This document shows positions 1-9,764 of a DNA stretch of 59,659 nucleotides, piece by piece (the stretch's first letter is position 1; the number at the start of each line of letters is the position of its first letter). This stretch comes from an uncultured Parcubacteria group bacterium (GTDB taxonomy: Bacteria > Patescibacteriota > Minisyncoccia > UBA6257 > 2-01-FULL-56-20). The stretch lies in assembly GCA_903911245.1 (NCBI GenBank), contig CAIWCR010000010.1, forward strand, positions 1 to 59,659. The letters are read 5' to 3'. Below the pieces are notes generated by a model, which was not told the origin of the DNA, did not search any database, and worked only from the letters and a program-made list of their open reading frames with translations. Position numbers and translations under genes: made by a program.

Positions 1-159
1 GGTATTCATATCAGAGAGTCTATTCGTGTCTCTGCTTTGTTTGAGGAGTTCTGAGGGATTCAGAGTGATGATGACGGTTACCATGAGGATGGCGAGGATG
101 GCGATGACAATGAGGAGTTCTATGAGGGTGAAACCTCTTTTCTTATTAGAAAGAATCAT
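1..159 (-). CDS. Type IV prepilin-like protein, N-terminal part (runs off window start)
   Basis: Manual translation MILSNKKRG/FTLIELLIVIAILAILMVTVIITLNPSELLKQSRDTNRLSDMNT: class III signal (G-F cleavage, E5) plus hydrophobic helix. Not in the ORF track. Confidence 0.9.
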   Translation of the reverse strand, partial: MILSNKKRGFTLIELLIVIAILAILMVTVIITLNPSELLKQSRDTNRLSDMNT

Positions 160-230
160 GATGAAACTATTATAGCATATTGATGAATGCTTTTTATTGA
201 AAAAAGAGAGAAGAAATAAAAAGGAAAGCG

Positions 231-304
231 TAGCGCCAACCGGATTCGAACCGGTGTTACATGGATGAGAACCATGCGTCCTGACCAGACTAGACGATGG
301 CGCC
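231..304 (-). tRNA. tRNA-Glu (CTC)
   Basis: Reverse complement folds as a cloverleaf: acceptor GGCGCCA/TGGCGCT, anticodon arm CATGG-TTCTCAT-CCATG, T-loop GGTTCGAATCC. No encoded CCA. Confidence 0.95.
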
Positions 305-344
305 ATGAGAGGATTATAAAGAGAAATCTTCCTCGAAGCAACTG

Positions 345-1640
345 TTATTCCTTTATCTCTTCTACTATTTTTTCAAGCGCCATTAAACGAGATCCTTTTA
401 CAAGAATAAGATCTCCCTTTTGTATTAAATTTTGCACCGATTTCCGAGCATCGTCGGCGGTATCAAACGAAAGAATGGGTTTCTTTTTCATTCTTCCCGA
501 CTTCGCCGCATCAGCAATAAATTTTGCCCGAGCACCAACCGTTACCAGAACATCTAAAAATTCAGCCGCACAATCGCCTATATATTCATGTGCTTCGGGA
601 GTATATTTTCCAATTTCCAACATGTCACCTAAAATTGCAACTTTTCTTTTTGCTTGTAGCTCTTGCAATGTATCAAGCGCGGCACGCATAGAAAGCGGAT
701 TTGCATTATAACAATCGTCAATAATATACGAACCTTTAATACCAGGCACAAGCCGCATTCGCGATTTCGCTGGAATATAATCTCCTAAGGCCTCTGAAAT
801 AGTAACGAGATTCATGCCGAAAATAATACCGATAGCGCCCGCTGCTGCTGCGGCATATGCTTGTCCCATCCCCAAAGAACCTTTTATGCGCACTGGAACA
901 AATGCGCGCTGGTGTTCAAGCTTGAATGAAACGCCAACAGGAATATCATTTTCCACCGTATTTTCAAATCGAGTAACTCTTATATCGTTTTCCTTCAAAA
1001 AACCAAACGTCATAACCCGAGCTCGCGTGCGACTTTTCAAACGCATTACCGAATCATCGTCACCATTCAAAATAGAATATCCTGCAACGGAAAGACACTC
1101 AATTAATCTCCCCTTCTCCCGCGCAAATTCCTCCGGTCCGGCAAAAAATTCTGCATGGACCGGGAGATCGCCAATTGCGGTGATGATACTTATTTCGGGA
1201 CGTGCAATTTTTAATAAATTTTTAATATTGCCAGGATGATTTGTTCCATATTCCAAAATCAATACATTCGGATAGTGTTCGTCTTTTTTTATGATACGCC
1301 ACGCCGACCCCATCATTACTTTGAACCAAAGCATTGCCCTCTGAAATCGTATAAAATTATCCAATCCGTCATAACGCATAAGGGCACGCTCTTCCGTGCT
1401 TCGATCACCAAGAATGGAAAGCAAAAAACAAAGCTCATTATCAAGATCGCCCGAAAAATATCCAACTTTATAATTTTTTGCCAGCACCGCCGCAATGGCA
1501 AGTTTCGTTGATGTTTTTCCGACGCTTCCGGTAATGCCAATAATTCTCGGCTCATAACGCCAGATTGTTAAACGAGCAAGATTCCTCATTTTGAAATAAA
1601 ACACTTTTATAAAAAATTCTTTTATGTTTCGGTATTCCAT
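345..1640 (-). CDS. murF: UDP-N-acetylmuramoyl-tripeptide--D-Ala-D-Ala ligase (MurF-like)
   Basis: GITGSVGKTSTK P-loop, IIDDCYNANP, LGDMLEIG and LVKGSR motifs; sits in the dcw cluster. Confidence 0.88.
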   Translation of the reverse strand: MEYRNIKEFFIKVFYFKMRNLARLTIWRYEPRIIGITGSVGKTSTKLAIAAVLAKNYKVGYFSGDLDNELCFLLSILGDRSTEERALMRYDGLDNFIRFQRAMLWFKVMMGSAWRIIKKDEHYPNVLILEYGTNHPGNIKNLLKIARPEISIITAIGDLPVHAEFFAGPEEFAREKGRLIECLSVAGYSILNGDDDSVMRLKSRTRARVMTFGFLKENDIRVTRFENTVENDIPVGVSFKLEHQRAFVPVRIKGSLGMGQAYAAAAAGAIGIIFGMNLVTISEALGDYIPAKSRMRLVPGIKGSYIIDDCYNANPLSMRAALDTLQELQAKRKVAILGDMLEIGKYTPEAHEYIGDCAAEFLDVLVTVGARAKFIADAAKSGRMKKKPILSFDTADDARKSVQNLIQKGDLILVKGSRLMALEKIVEEIKE

Positions 1641-1644
1641 GTTC

Positions 1645-3282
1645 TTATTTGTTATTCCCTATTCTGTCCGGCGGGATATTGTAATAATTGATAATATACT
1701 GAGAAAGATCTCTGAAGGCGGGGACAACTGAAAGTGCAGCAATCGCACTCTCCGGCAGGGTATCAATTCGTATCATAGCAACAAACTTCGGATTTGATGT
1801 CGGACCAAAGCCAATATACGAATCGATCAATTTATTGGTATAGCCGCCATGAGCGAGATCGGGAATAAAGGCAGATCCAGTCTTTCCCGCGAGGGAATAT
1901 TTATCAATATTCGCAATCCCGGCCCTATCAACTGCCGATATCATCATCGCTGTTACTTGTTCTGCTGTAGAAGTACTTATGACGCGACGTATAACCTGTG
2001 GACTTTGCGCCGCATTTATATATGGACGCATCAACGTGCCACCGTTTGCGATTGCGGCAAATGCATTGATAATCTCAAGTGGCGTAACCGCAACTCCTTG
2101 ACCATACGAAGCAGTTGAAAAAGCAACCTGAGGAGATTTCGAATTCAACGCGCGTAAATTGCCCGCGACTTCGCCAGGAAGATCAACTCCCGTCCTTTCA
2201 CCAAGACCAAATCTCTTCATGTAGCTTGTAAAAATATCATTGCCCGTCTGCTCCTCCACAAACACCGCGCCAGTATTGATAGAGTGTTCAATAATATTCG
2301 TCATCGTTGTGCCAGGACCATATGCTCCGTGCGTCAAAAAATCATAATTTGTAATCCTTGCCTTATTAACAATAATCGTTCCTTTATCGTTGTACGTCGT
2401 CTGTGATGTAATTTTCCCGGAATCAATACCGGCGGCCATAGTAAGTACTTTAAAAACCGATCCAGGTTCATACACCTTTTGAACCGTAGAATTCAAAAAA
2501 CTAGCAACCGAAGACGAGCTGTAATTATTTGGATCAAAGTCAGGAGCGCTTCCCATTGCAAGAATTTTTCCCGTCTGAGGATCTTCTATAATAATACTTC
2601 CTCCAGTAGCATTGTTCTTCGCAATAAGATCGTCGAGTACTTTCTCTGCCTCAATTTGGATATTTGGATCGATAGTAAGATTGATATCAACTCCCTGACT
2701 GATTCCTTTTGTGCCAGAAGCGACTCCTTCGAGAGTATTATTATAAAATTCTTCAACGCCATAATGACCACTTTCACTATTATTATTAGCATTTGGCCCA
2801 ACGAATCCAAGATCCTGCGACGCAAGCGATCCCATAGGATAAAAACGCTCCGTGGCAACATGAGTATATATTCCTTTTATATCTAAATTTTCAATTTGGC
2901 TCGCAACGGCAGAGTCCGCTTTTTTTGAAAGAAGTTCATACGAATCGTTCCGCTTTGAAAAAAGAGTAAGCAATGAACTCACTGGCATATTTAAAATTGG
3001 CGCTAGCGTATTTGCGGTCTCCTGCGGGTCTTGAATGTCCTTTGGTACCGCATAAATAATAGGAAAATCTCTATTGATAGCCGCTGGCAATGTATTCCCG
3101 TTTTCATCCGTAAAATAAATAGCGCCCCGATGAGTATTTAAATCCTCGGACGCCAATGTTTCTGACTCCGCCCGCGCGGTATAATAATCCCCCTTGACCA
3201 ACTCTAGGTTATAAAGACGAAAAAGTAAGAAAGAATAGGCTGAAAAAAGAACTAAGATTAATATTGCGAAGCGAGAAGCCAT
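1645..3282 (-). CDS. Class B penicillin-binding protein (FtsI/PBP2-like transpeptidase)
   Basis: N-terminal anchor, YEPGSVFK (SxxK), SIN (SxN) and KTG motifs; follows the ftsL-like gene. Confidence 0.92.
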   Translation of the reverse strand: MASRFAILILVLFSAYSFLLFRLYNLELVKGDYYTARAESETLASEDLNTHRGAIYFTDENGNTLPAAINRDFPIIYAVPKDIQDPQETANTLAPILNMPVSSLLTLFSKRNDSYELLSKKADSAVASQIENLDIKGIYTHVATERFYPMGSLASQDLGFVGPNANNNSESGHYGVEEFYNNTLEGVASGTKGISQGVDINLTIDPNIQIEAEKVLDDLIAKNNATGGSIIIEDPQTGKILAMGSAPDFDPNNYSSSSVASFLNSTVQKVYEPGSVFKVLTMAAGIDSGKITSQTTYNDKGTIIVNKARITNYDFLTHGAYGPGTTMTNIIEHSINTGAVFVEEQTGNDIFTSYMKRFGLGERTGVDLPGEVAGNLRALNSKSPQVAFSTASYGQGVAVTPLEIINAFAAIANGGTLMRPYINAAQSPQVIRRVISTSTAEQVTAMMISAVDRAGIANIDKYSLAGKTGSAFIPDLAHGGYTNKLIDSYIGFGPTSNPKFVAMIRIDTLPESAIAALSVVPAFRDLSQYIINYYNIPPDRIGNNK

Positions 3283-3575
3283 TTTGAGTCAACGATAAAA
3301 TATTGTGGTTTTTTGTCTTCTATTAAATTATTTGTTCCGGCAAGCGTAGCAACTTTATCACTCCCCAAAGCAGCAATGATAGCATTGTTTAAGTTGGTAT
3401 TCTGAACGCTCACGTCATCGATTCCCGCCTTAGCAACAGCAATATTATGATTGAGATTCACAACGTTGTTATAAAGCGCAACAAGAATAAACACACCGCA
3501 TAATGTTACTATGCCCAAGCTGACAAGTATAGTATTTAAAAGCTTATCGTTTTTGTTTGGCTGAATAAATGTCAT
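3258..3575 (-). CDS. FtsL-like cell division protein
   Basis: Single TM followed by a coiled coil; lies between rsmH and the PBP, the canonical ftsL position. Confidence 0.6.
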   Translation of the reverse strand: MTFIQPNKNDKLLNTILVSLGIVTLCGVFILVALYNNVVNLNHNIAVAKAGIDDVSVQNTNLNNAIIAALGSDKVATLAGTNNLIEDKKPQYFIVDSKWLLASQY

Positions 3576-3591
3576 AAGATTATAAAATTTT

Positions 3592-4482
3592 TTAGAACTT
3601 CGAAATAGTAAGTGCTCTTAGTTTGGCGGATCGACTTCGTGGATTTTCTTTTATTTCTTCATACTGCGCGGTAATCGGTTTTTTCGTAAGAATGACTGCC
3701 TTTTTTTCTTTTCCAAGTTTTTGAAACGATTGTTTTACGAGCCTATCTTCGAGTGAGTGGAAGCTTATAATAGCTACTCGTCCACCCGGCTTTAGTATTT
3801 TTTCCAAATTATCCAAAACCCGTTTCAAATTCCCAAGCTCATCATTTGCATAAATCCGAAACGCCTGAAATGTTCGCGTTGCTGGATCAATTCTCCCTCG
3901 TTCATAGCTCCGCGATAACGCTCCACGTACGATATTTGCAAACTCGCCCGCAAGCATTATTGGCTTTCTCCTTCCATAATCAATAATCGCCTTTGCAATT
4001 CTCCTCGAAAACCGCTCACCTCCAAATTCAAAAATAATGTCTGCAATTTCTTTTTCCGAAAGCGTTCTGAGGATTTCTCGCACTGCCGGTCGCGCGTCAT
4101 CATAAGTCATAAGAAGCGGCTCTTCCGCAGCAGATTCAAGAAAACTAAATCCCCTTCCAGACTTCATAAGCTGCTCAGAAGAAAATCCAAGATCAAGCAA
4201 TAACCCATCTGCTTTTCCCCAATTATGTTCCTCAATGATTTGCGGAAGATCAGCATAATTACCATTGATAAGAAAAATATTCTTCCCTGTACCTATGCGC
4301 GTCTTGCAATCCGCAAGCATTCCACTATCCCAATCCAATCCAAGAAAGGTTCCGTGAGGCATAATCTCGGAAATAATTTTTTCCGCATGCCCGCCACCGT
4401 CAACGGTGCCGTCAATAATAAAATCTCCTTTCTTTAGATTGAGAACTTCGAGAACTTCTTTTAAAAGAACTGGTGTATGCAT
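3592..4482 (-). CDS. rsmH: 16S rRNA m4C1402 methyltransferase RsmH
   Basis: MHTPVLL, DGTVDGGGHA, DLGFSS, ISFHSLEDR and NPRSRSAKLR motifs. Confidence 0.97.
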   Translation of the reverse strand: MHTPVLLKEVLEVLNLKKGDFIIDGTVDGGGHAEKIISEIMPHGTFLGLDWDSGMLADCKTRIGTGKNIFLINGNYADLPQIIEEHNWGKADGLLLDLGFSSEQLMKSGRGFSFLESAAEEPLLMTYDDARPAVREILRTLSEKEIADIIFEFGGERFSRRIAKAIIDYGRRKPIMLAGEFANIVRGALSRSYERGRIDPATRTFQAFRIYANDELGNLKRVLDNLEKILKPGGRVAIISFHSLEDRLVKQSFQKLGKEKKAVILTKKPITAQYEEIKENPRSRSAKLRALTISKF

Positions 4483-4492
4483 GAGTTGATAT

Positions 4493-4924
4493 CTAAATAC
4501 CTAACTCACCTAATTTTTCTGCAATGGCCTCAGAAGAACTTTCTGTTTTTGCTTTGTATGCACTCCATGTCTCTTCGTCCCAAATTTCGATGCGATTGTA
4601 CAATCCCGCAACGGTAACTCCTTTTTTGAGACCGGCATATTTCCTCAAGTAATCAGGAATAAGTATTCTTCCCTGGTTATCGAGCATGACGTCAGTAGCG
4701 CCGGCAAGCATAAGCCGGGAAAACGCACGCGAATTCGCTTGTGCAAGCGGAAGTGCAATGAGCTTCTTTGCGAGTATATCCCAATCGGCATTCGTAAAAA
4801 CAAAAAGGCAATTATCAATTCCGCGAGTGATAATGGCGCCAGCAAGTAATGCATCGCGGAATTTTGCCGGAACTGCCATTCGACCTTTTGTGTCTAAATT
4901 ATGTCTGTATTCTCCAAGAAGCAT
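4493..4924 (-). CDS. mraZ: Division/cell wall cluster repressor MraZ
   Basis: GEYRHNLDTKGR and LDNQGRILIP duplicated AbrB-like motifs; upstream of rsmH. Confidence 0.97.
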   Translation of the reverse strand: MLLGEYRHNLDTKGRMAVPAKFRDALLAGAIITRGIDNCLFVFTNADWDILAKKLIALPLAQANSRAFSRLMLAGATDVMLDNQGRILIPDYLRKYAGLKKGVTVAGLYNRIEIWDEETWSAYKAKTESSSEAIAEKLGELGI

Positions 4925-4963
4925 GATAATTAATAGTTATAAAGCAATTAGTGTCTTAAATAA

Positions 4964-5062
4964 GTTCTGCACAGAAAGGGGGGTTTATCCCCAGAATTAT
5001 CCACAACCCACCACTTTCCTACCACTTTCATCTAATAATATACCACTTTCACTTTATGTCAA
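4964..5062 (-). promoter_or_regulatory. mraZ operon promoter with MraZ-binding GTGG repeats and DnaA-box-like sites
   Basis: Minus strand TTGACA(5062-5057)-16-TATTAT(5040-5035). AAAGTGG copies at 5011-17, 5022-28 and 5043-49, plus GTGG at 5001-04. TTATCCACA at 4997-5005 and TTATCCCCA at 4985-93. Confidence 0.7.
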
Positions 5063-5220
5063 AAACACTCTATAGAATCATTTCTATAGCCTACAAGTAT
5101 TGATTTTCCTACGTTTTTTTAAAATTGGAGTTCAAAAAAGAGCTAGATATGCACAGCCTATCAAAAAATGCGAAACAGCATCTTCCCCACTCGCTCCTTT
5201 TGTATACAAACCATCCAAAT

Positions 5221-5245
5221 AAAAATCTCCGCTTATTGCGGAGAT
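5221..5245 (-). terminator. Intrinsic terminator after the ATP-grasp gene
   Basis: ATCTCCGC-ttatt-GCGGAGAT hairpin followed by a T-run on the minus strand. Confidence 0.6.
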
Positions 5246-5253
5246 CCTCTAGA

Positions 5254-6630
5254 TTACAATATTCCCCACGTATGAAGCTCGTCGCTTTCTTCAGGCCATT
5301 TCGCGCCGATATCCGTACGATAAAACATATTTTGTAAAAAGATATTTTCAATCCTCCGATACGCCTGTTTGCGTGCATCCTCAACCGTAGAATTAGAACC
5401 GGTTACCACAAGCACCCAGCCGGTCTTTCCCGCAAGCTTCCAATCATTATCAACTAATTTTACATCTCCGAGATGAATCCCTTCAATGTTTGGTTTTTTA
5501 AAAAGAATGGATGAGTCCTTATAAACCTGAAGCATCTTTTCGTCATGATACGGGAACGGCGGCGTTGCAATCACGACACCAACTTGAAACCCCTTCTGAG
5601 TTTTAAGCGGATACTGTTCTCCATTTGCAATAGCATATAAAAATTCCCCCATCGGACTCATAATCCCTTCCATCTGAATACTGATGGTCGGATATCCAAA
5701 ACGCGAAGTAAATTCCAATGGATAAATACCTTTCCCGTTTACGATACAGTTGATATCGATATAACCGACATACTTACTATTTCGAAGCTTCTCAAGCATT
5801 TTCCCAAGCGTTGCATTGAAAAAATAATTCGGCTCCGTCCAAAACATAAGCGTTCCCATCTCCCCCGTATAAGGACCAATATCACCTGGAAAAAGTTTTT
5901 TATGTTCAAAGTTAATATTGATCGGCGTGATAAAGTCGTTTCCATTAAAAAATCCACCAACGGCAATCTCAACTCCCGATGCGAATTTTTGAAGTTGAAA
6001 TCGTTTTATCTTGCGCGACCAACTTTTTTTATTGTGCTCCAAAACCTCGAGAAGATCTTTTCCGTCTTCTTCTTTTCCGATGAAAAGAAGGCTTTTCATC
6101 TGTGAATCGAGATCTCCCTCGGATGGTTTAAAAATATATCTTCCCGGTGTCGTCTTTAAAAACTCAATCGCTTCAGTAAAGTTATCAAAATCCCAATGCG
6201 GCAACGTAAGCATGCCGACCGATTTCATTTCCTCTTGTCCAAACTCACGATCTATCTCAAGGCGATCGGTATAAGTACTCCCTCCAACTACCAGCTTTCC
6301 TTTTGCTCGCAAGTTGTCGGCTTCTTTCCCAAAACCATTCGATCCCGAAATAACATCGTCAAAAACAACAACGTCAGCCCATTCAACGGAGGCACGCCAA
6401 TCATCAGATTTATCAATGAAGCCATCGCCAACGTCCTGGTACTCTTCTTTGGCAATATACATTTTTACCTCATTCCCCTCCTGTCTCACCTTCCACGCCA
6501 AATCAGTACCATCGCCCTCAACAGAAATAAAAAGGAATTTTTTGCAAAACTTTTCTTGCGCTGAAGGCAAAGCTTGAACAGGCGGCTCTATCGGCGCCGC
6601 CAATGAATCTGTTTTTATTTCTTTTTCCAT
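5254..6630 (-). CDS. PurD/GARS-like ATP-grasp amide ligase
   Basis: RLEIDREFG, EHKKLFPGDIGPYTGEMG, LEFTSRFGYP and FYRTDIG resemble phosphoribosylamine-glycine ligase motifs. No other pur genes nearby. Confidence 0.75.
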   Translation of the reverse strand: MEKEIKTDSLAAPIEPPVQALPSAQEKFCKKFLFISVEGDGTDLAWKVRQEGNEVKMYIAKEEYQDVGDGFIDKSDDWRASVEWADVVVFDDVISGSNGFGKEADNLRAKGKLVVGGSTYTDRLEIDREFGQEEMKSVGMLTLPHWDFDNFTEAIEFLKTTPGRYIFKPSEGDLDSQMKSLLFIGKEEDGKDLLEVLEHNKKSWSRKIKRFQLQKFASGVEIAVGGFFNGNDFITPININFEHKKLFPGDIGPYTGEMGTLMFWTEPNYFFNATLGKMLEKLRNSKYVGYIDINCIVNGKGIYPLEFTSRFGYPTISIQMEGIMSPMGEFLYAIANGEQYPLKTQKGFQVGVVIATPPFPYHDEKMLQVYKDSSILFKKPNIEGIHLGDVKLVDNDWKLAGKTGWVLVVTGSNSTVEDARKQAYRRIENIFLQNMFYRTDIGAKWPEESDELHTWGIL

Positions 6631-6710
6631 AATCGCTCTTTTACCTATTTACCTCATTCTAATCATTATAATAAGCATTGCAAGAGCAAAATCACCAAAT
6701 TTTTGTCGCA

Positions 6711-7625
6711 TTATTCGGGACGCTTCACCGAAAAAAGATGAAGCTTATAGGACGATTCGGGCAAGAATTTATTTTTGAATGCGGTAAGTGATTTTTCGCC
6801 TCCGCCCATATCAGCCTCGCGATAACCTTTATTTTTAAGCCACAGCAAATCTTCTAAATACAACATCGTCCCAAGATCATCGACAGAATAATTATGAATG
6901 CCGACCGCAGCATAAAAACGATCGATGTTAGGAATTTTCCATCCAGCATTGAAACCACTTGCCTTGCCGTCAACAACGAACACGCGCGCTTCATCCATTC
7001 CTTCAAAGCTACCATCTATCATCTTGTGGTAAACCCCTGTCATTCCCCTTTCGTTGTTAGGACGCTTCTTTTTCCAATCATCAACAATATCATGCAATCC
7101 TTTCTTGTCCTCATAAGTTCTTGCATCACACAAGACCACCTGGTGCTCGCGGTAAAATTTATGCATCTCCTTTCGTAGTGTTTTATAATGACCTCCCGGA
7201 AGTTCAGTGTCGAATTTCTCGAGATTCATAATCGGGCACGTTAATGTGTAATAGATACGACAAAGATGGGGAGGATACGCAGCCGTACGCAAAAATTCTT
7301 TACGATTTGATTGGTCAAGCTGAAACCATACTTTTTTTACCGGAGTATTCGAAAAAATCCACTCTATGTATTCATTAACAAGCCGAATACGATCCTTCGA
7401 TAAGGCAAGAGGATCAAAAACGACAAAATATTCCTTTGCATGCTCATCATAGGTTCCCAAAAGCGCGCCATAATCCGTGGTGGCAAAAATATTTCGATGA
7501 GGCGGATTGTAATAATCTTGATAATATTGGTAATACCAAAAATTATGCTCGGAAGCATAGCCGTACTTCCGAATCATCTCCTCAATTAATGACTGAGCCG
7601 CAATAGTGTCTTCAAAAAATTGCAT
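6711..7625 (-). CDS. DUF2156 / lysyl-PG synthase C-terminal-like (GNAT-fold aminoacyltransferase) protein
   Basis: C-terminal READMGGGEKSLTAFKNKFLP and WKKKR segments resemble DUF2156/FemAB-type GNAT folds. Confidence 0.55.
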   Translation of the reverse strand: MQFFEDTIAAQSLIEEMIRKYGYASEHNFWYYQYYQDYYNPPHRNIFATTDYGALLGTYDEHAKEYFVVFDPLALSKDRIRLVNEYIEWIFSNTPVKKVWFQLDQSNRKEFLRTAAYPPHLCRIYYTLTCPIMNLEKFDTELPGGHYKTLRKEMHKFYREHQVVLCDARTYEDKKGLHDIVDDWKKKRPNNERGMTGVYHKMIDGSFEGMDEARVFVVDGKASGFNAGWKIPNIDRFYAAVGIHNYSVDDLGTMLYLEDLLWLKNKGYREADMGGGEKSLTAFKNKFLPESSYKLHLFSVKRPE

Positions 7626-7628
7626 AAA

Positions 7629-8087
7629 TTATTGATTCTGCGGCATTGCGCCTCTTTCCTTCGTATTTTCCGAATACGTTCCATAATCAACAAATAATTC
7701 TTCTCCTTTTTTAATATCACGCGCTGCAACAAAATATTCTCCTTCGGCCTCGGCTATCATATTCGGATTATCCGAAGAATTGATGAAAAAGCCTATATCA
7801 AGCGCATTCATGCCGCCTTCCCAGAGGTTAAGCTTCCCGTCGGCGATAACATACATATCATGCACAAGATCTTTTACCTCGGGACTAATCTTTTCGTTTT
7901 CAAACACCAATTTCTCATCCACTTCAATATAATTATATTTCAAAAAATTTTTGAGCGGATTAATACCCATAGGAATATCGCGGATCGCAAAAATGCCGAC
8001 GCCTGCAACGCTTGACGAGCGCAAGCGGCAATAAACATTTTCTTCAAGGTCTTTTATAAGTTCATCTACATTTTGATTATCATTCAT
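7629..8087 (-). CDS. SET domain methyltransferase-like protein
   Basis: SSVAGVGIFAIRDI, FINSSDNPN and ARDIKKGEELFVDYG motifs; the usual NHS is NSS here. Confidence 0.88.
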   Translation of the reverse strand: MNDNQNVDELIKDLEENVYCRLRSSSVAGVGIFAIRDIPMGINPLKNFLKYNYIEVDEKLVFENEKISPEVKDLVHDMYVIADGKLNLWEGGMNALDIGFFINSSDNPNMIAEAEGEYFVAARDIKKGEELFVDYGTYSENTKERGAMPQNQ

Positions 8088-8195
8088 TTAAAAAATATAT
8101 CATTTTGAATTCCGAAACGCAATCAACGCGACCTCATGTCTCAATTTTCACAAGAAAGGGGTGCTTTTGCAAAAAAAATTTGATATACTCTTTAC

Positions 8196-8951
8196 ATGTT
8201 TCTCATTCCCGATTTATGGTACACGATTAAAACGACAAGAAAAAAGGGTCGCGGCGTTTTTGCGGCGCATGATATTGAAGCAGGCACTATCATCGGAGAT
8301 TATCTCGGCACTATCATTCGCTGCAACAAAAGCGATGAAAAGAAGAATGGTCTCTATGATATGGCGGGAGGATTGAAATATGATATTCTCGCAGATCCTC
8401 AAAAAAAAGGCATTCAGCTTATCAACCATTCCTGCGCAAATAATTGCGGCATATATCCTCATCAAGGACACATGCTCTATTTTGCGCTTCGCAAAATATT
8501 CAAAAACGAGGAAGTAACCGTTGATTATGGCCTTTTCGCACCCGACGATACCACCATCACCTGCAATCTCCGCGTCTGCCATTGTGGAAGTGAAATATGT
8601 ACCGGGACCATGCATAGTGCCACCAGGAATTTTGACTCATGGGAAAGGCTGGTAAAAAAAGAATTCGGCCGCTGGTATAAAAAGGTTCCAGGGAAATACG
8701 GGAGCGAACTTATGCCACTTCAGGAATATCCATCTTCTATTCAACAGGATAGAGTAAAAATATATGAGTACGATCTTTTCGGCTCAGAAATAAAAATAGC
8801 TGAGAAGTATAACGATCGGACGCTTCCAACAATGTTTGAGTTGCGCCGGAGAATCAGAAAAACCGGAAGACAGCTTTCCCTGCCAAGAATCCAAATGATT
8901 ATCTATGGAATTCGAGGAGAGATGCTTTTAGTGAAAAGAATAAATTCATAA
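8196..8951 (+). CDS. SET domain protein with post-SET cysteine cluster
   Basis: KGRGVFAAHDI, INHSCANNC, EEVTVDY and CHCGSEICTG motifs. Confidence 0.9.
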   Translation: MFLIPDLWYTIKTTRKKGRGVFAAHDIEAGTIIGDYLGTIIRCNKSDEKKNGLYDMAGGLKYDILADPQKKGIQLINHSCANNCGIYPHQGHMLYFALRKIFKNEEVTVDYGLFAPDDTTITCNLRVCHCGSEICTGTMHSATRNFDSWERLVKKEFGRWYKKVPGKYGSELMPLQEYPSSIQQDRVKIYEYDLFGSEIKIAEKYNDRTLPTMFELRRRIRKTGRQLSLPRIQMIIYGIRGEMLLVKRINS

Positions 8952-9026
8952 AAATTTTTATAGTTTATTCGTCTTAGGATAAATAAAAAGCCGCCTTCAT
9001 TTAAGAAAGCGGCTGGCTAAAATCTT

Positions 9027-9524
9027 TTACAATTTCAGCCGAAAAACAAGACAGTCTTCGTCGTCGGGTTCATGCCAGTAGTTTTTTATTATCTTATATA
9101 ATTCAAAGTCGGCGCTTCTGAACAAGTTGGACGATGCAATGTTGGTAGCGTGGACATTCGCAATGATGCAAGAAAACATATTTGCTTTTGCAGTCTCAAT
9201 AATCCATTCCACTGCAGCGGTCCCGGCGCCATTTTGACGATAATCCGGAAGAATTGCAATGCTGCCAACATAGAGACATCCATCACATTTAACAGGTGTC
9301 TCCGTATTGCCCCACCTCAAATTTGCTCCAAGATGAATCGAACCAATCGTCTCTCCATCTCCGTCAACGACAAAGAAAAAATCAAACAGTTTTGAAAATT
9401 TTTTCCATTCGTCAGGATAATCGAACTGTTCCGATGGTAGATACCCCGCCTTCACATCAATATCCGCAAGCTCTGTAAGAATTGCAGGATCTTTTTTGCT
9501 TGCCCAGACTATCCGAACACCCAT
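9027..9524 (-). CDS. GNAT family N-acetyltransferase
   Basis: IAILPDYRQNGAGT motif A; NIASSNLFRSADF motif B. Confidence 0.85.
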   Translation of the reverse strand: MGVRIVWASKKDPAILTELADIDVKAGYLPSEQFDYPDEWKKFSKLFDFFFVVDGDGETIGSIHLGANLRWGNTETPVKCDGCLYVGSIAILPDYRQNGAGTAAVEWIIETAKANMFSCIIANVHATNIASSNLFRSADFELYKIIKNYWHEPDDEDCLVFRLKL

Positions 9525-9628
9525 TTGAAAACCACTCCTCTTTTATTAACGTTCTAAACAAATAAATATCATATAAATCAATAAAAGTCAACAATCAAAA
9601 AATAATTGGTTATTACTTTTTTGTAGTG

Positions 9629-9700
9629 TGGGCGTTGCAGGGATCGAACCTGCGACCTCTCCGATGTGAACGGAACGCTCTACCACTGAGCTAAACGCCC
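9629..9700 (-). tRNA. tRNA-Val (CAC)
   Basis: GGGCGTTTAGCTCAGTGGTAGAGC..., anticodon arm TCCG-TTCACAT-CGGA, T-loop GGTTCGATCCC. Confidence 0.95.
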
Positions 9701-9727
9701 GACGAAGTCATGATAAATCAATTCAAT

Positions 9728-9761
9728 AAAAAATGCCACGATTTTTGTCGTGGCATTTTTT
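9728..9761. terminator. Bidirectional intrinsic terminator downstream of rplL
   Basis: AAAAAATGCCACGA-loop-TCGTGGCATTTTTT hairpin. Confidence 0.75.
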
Positions 9762-9764
9762 ATT

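Noticed and set aside
156..711. ORFs 156-341 and 265-711, and the many antisense or nested ORFs in the track
   Set aside because: They overlap tRNA-Glu or lie antisense to well-supported genes and have no recognisable motifs.
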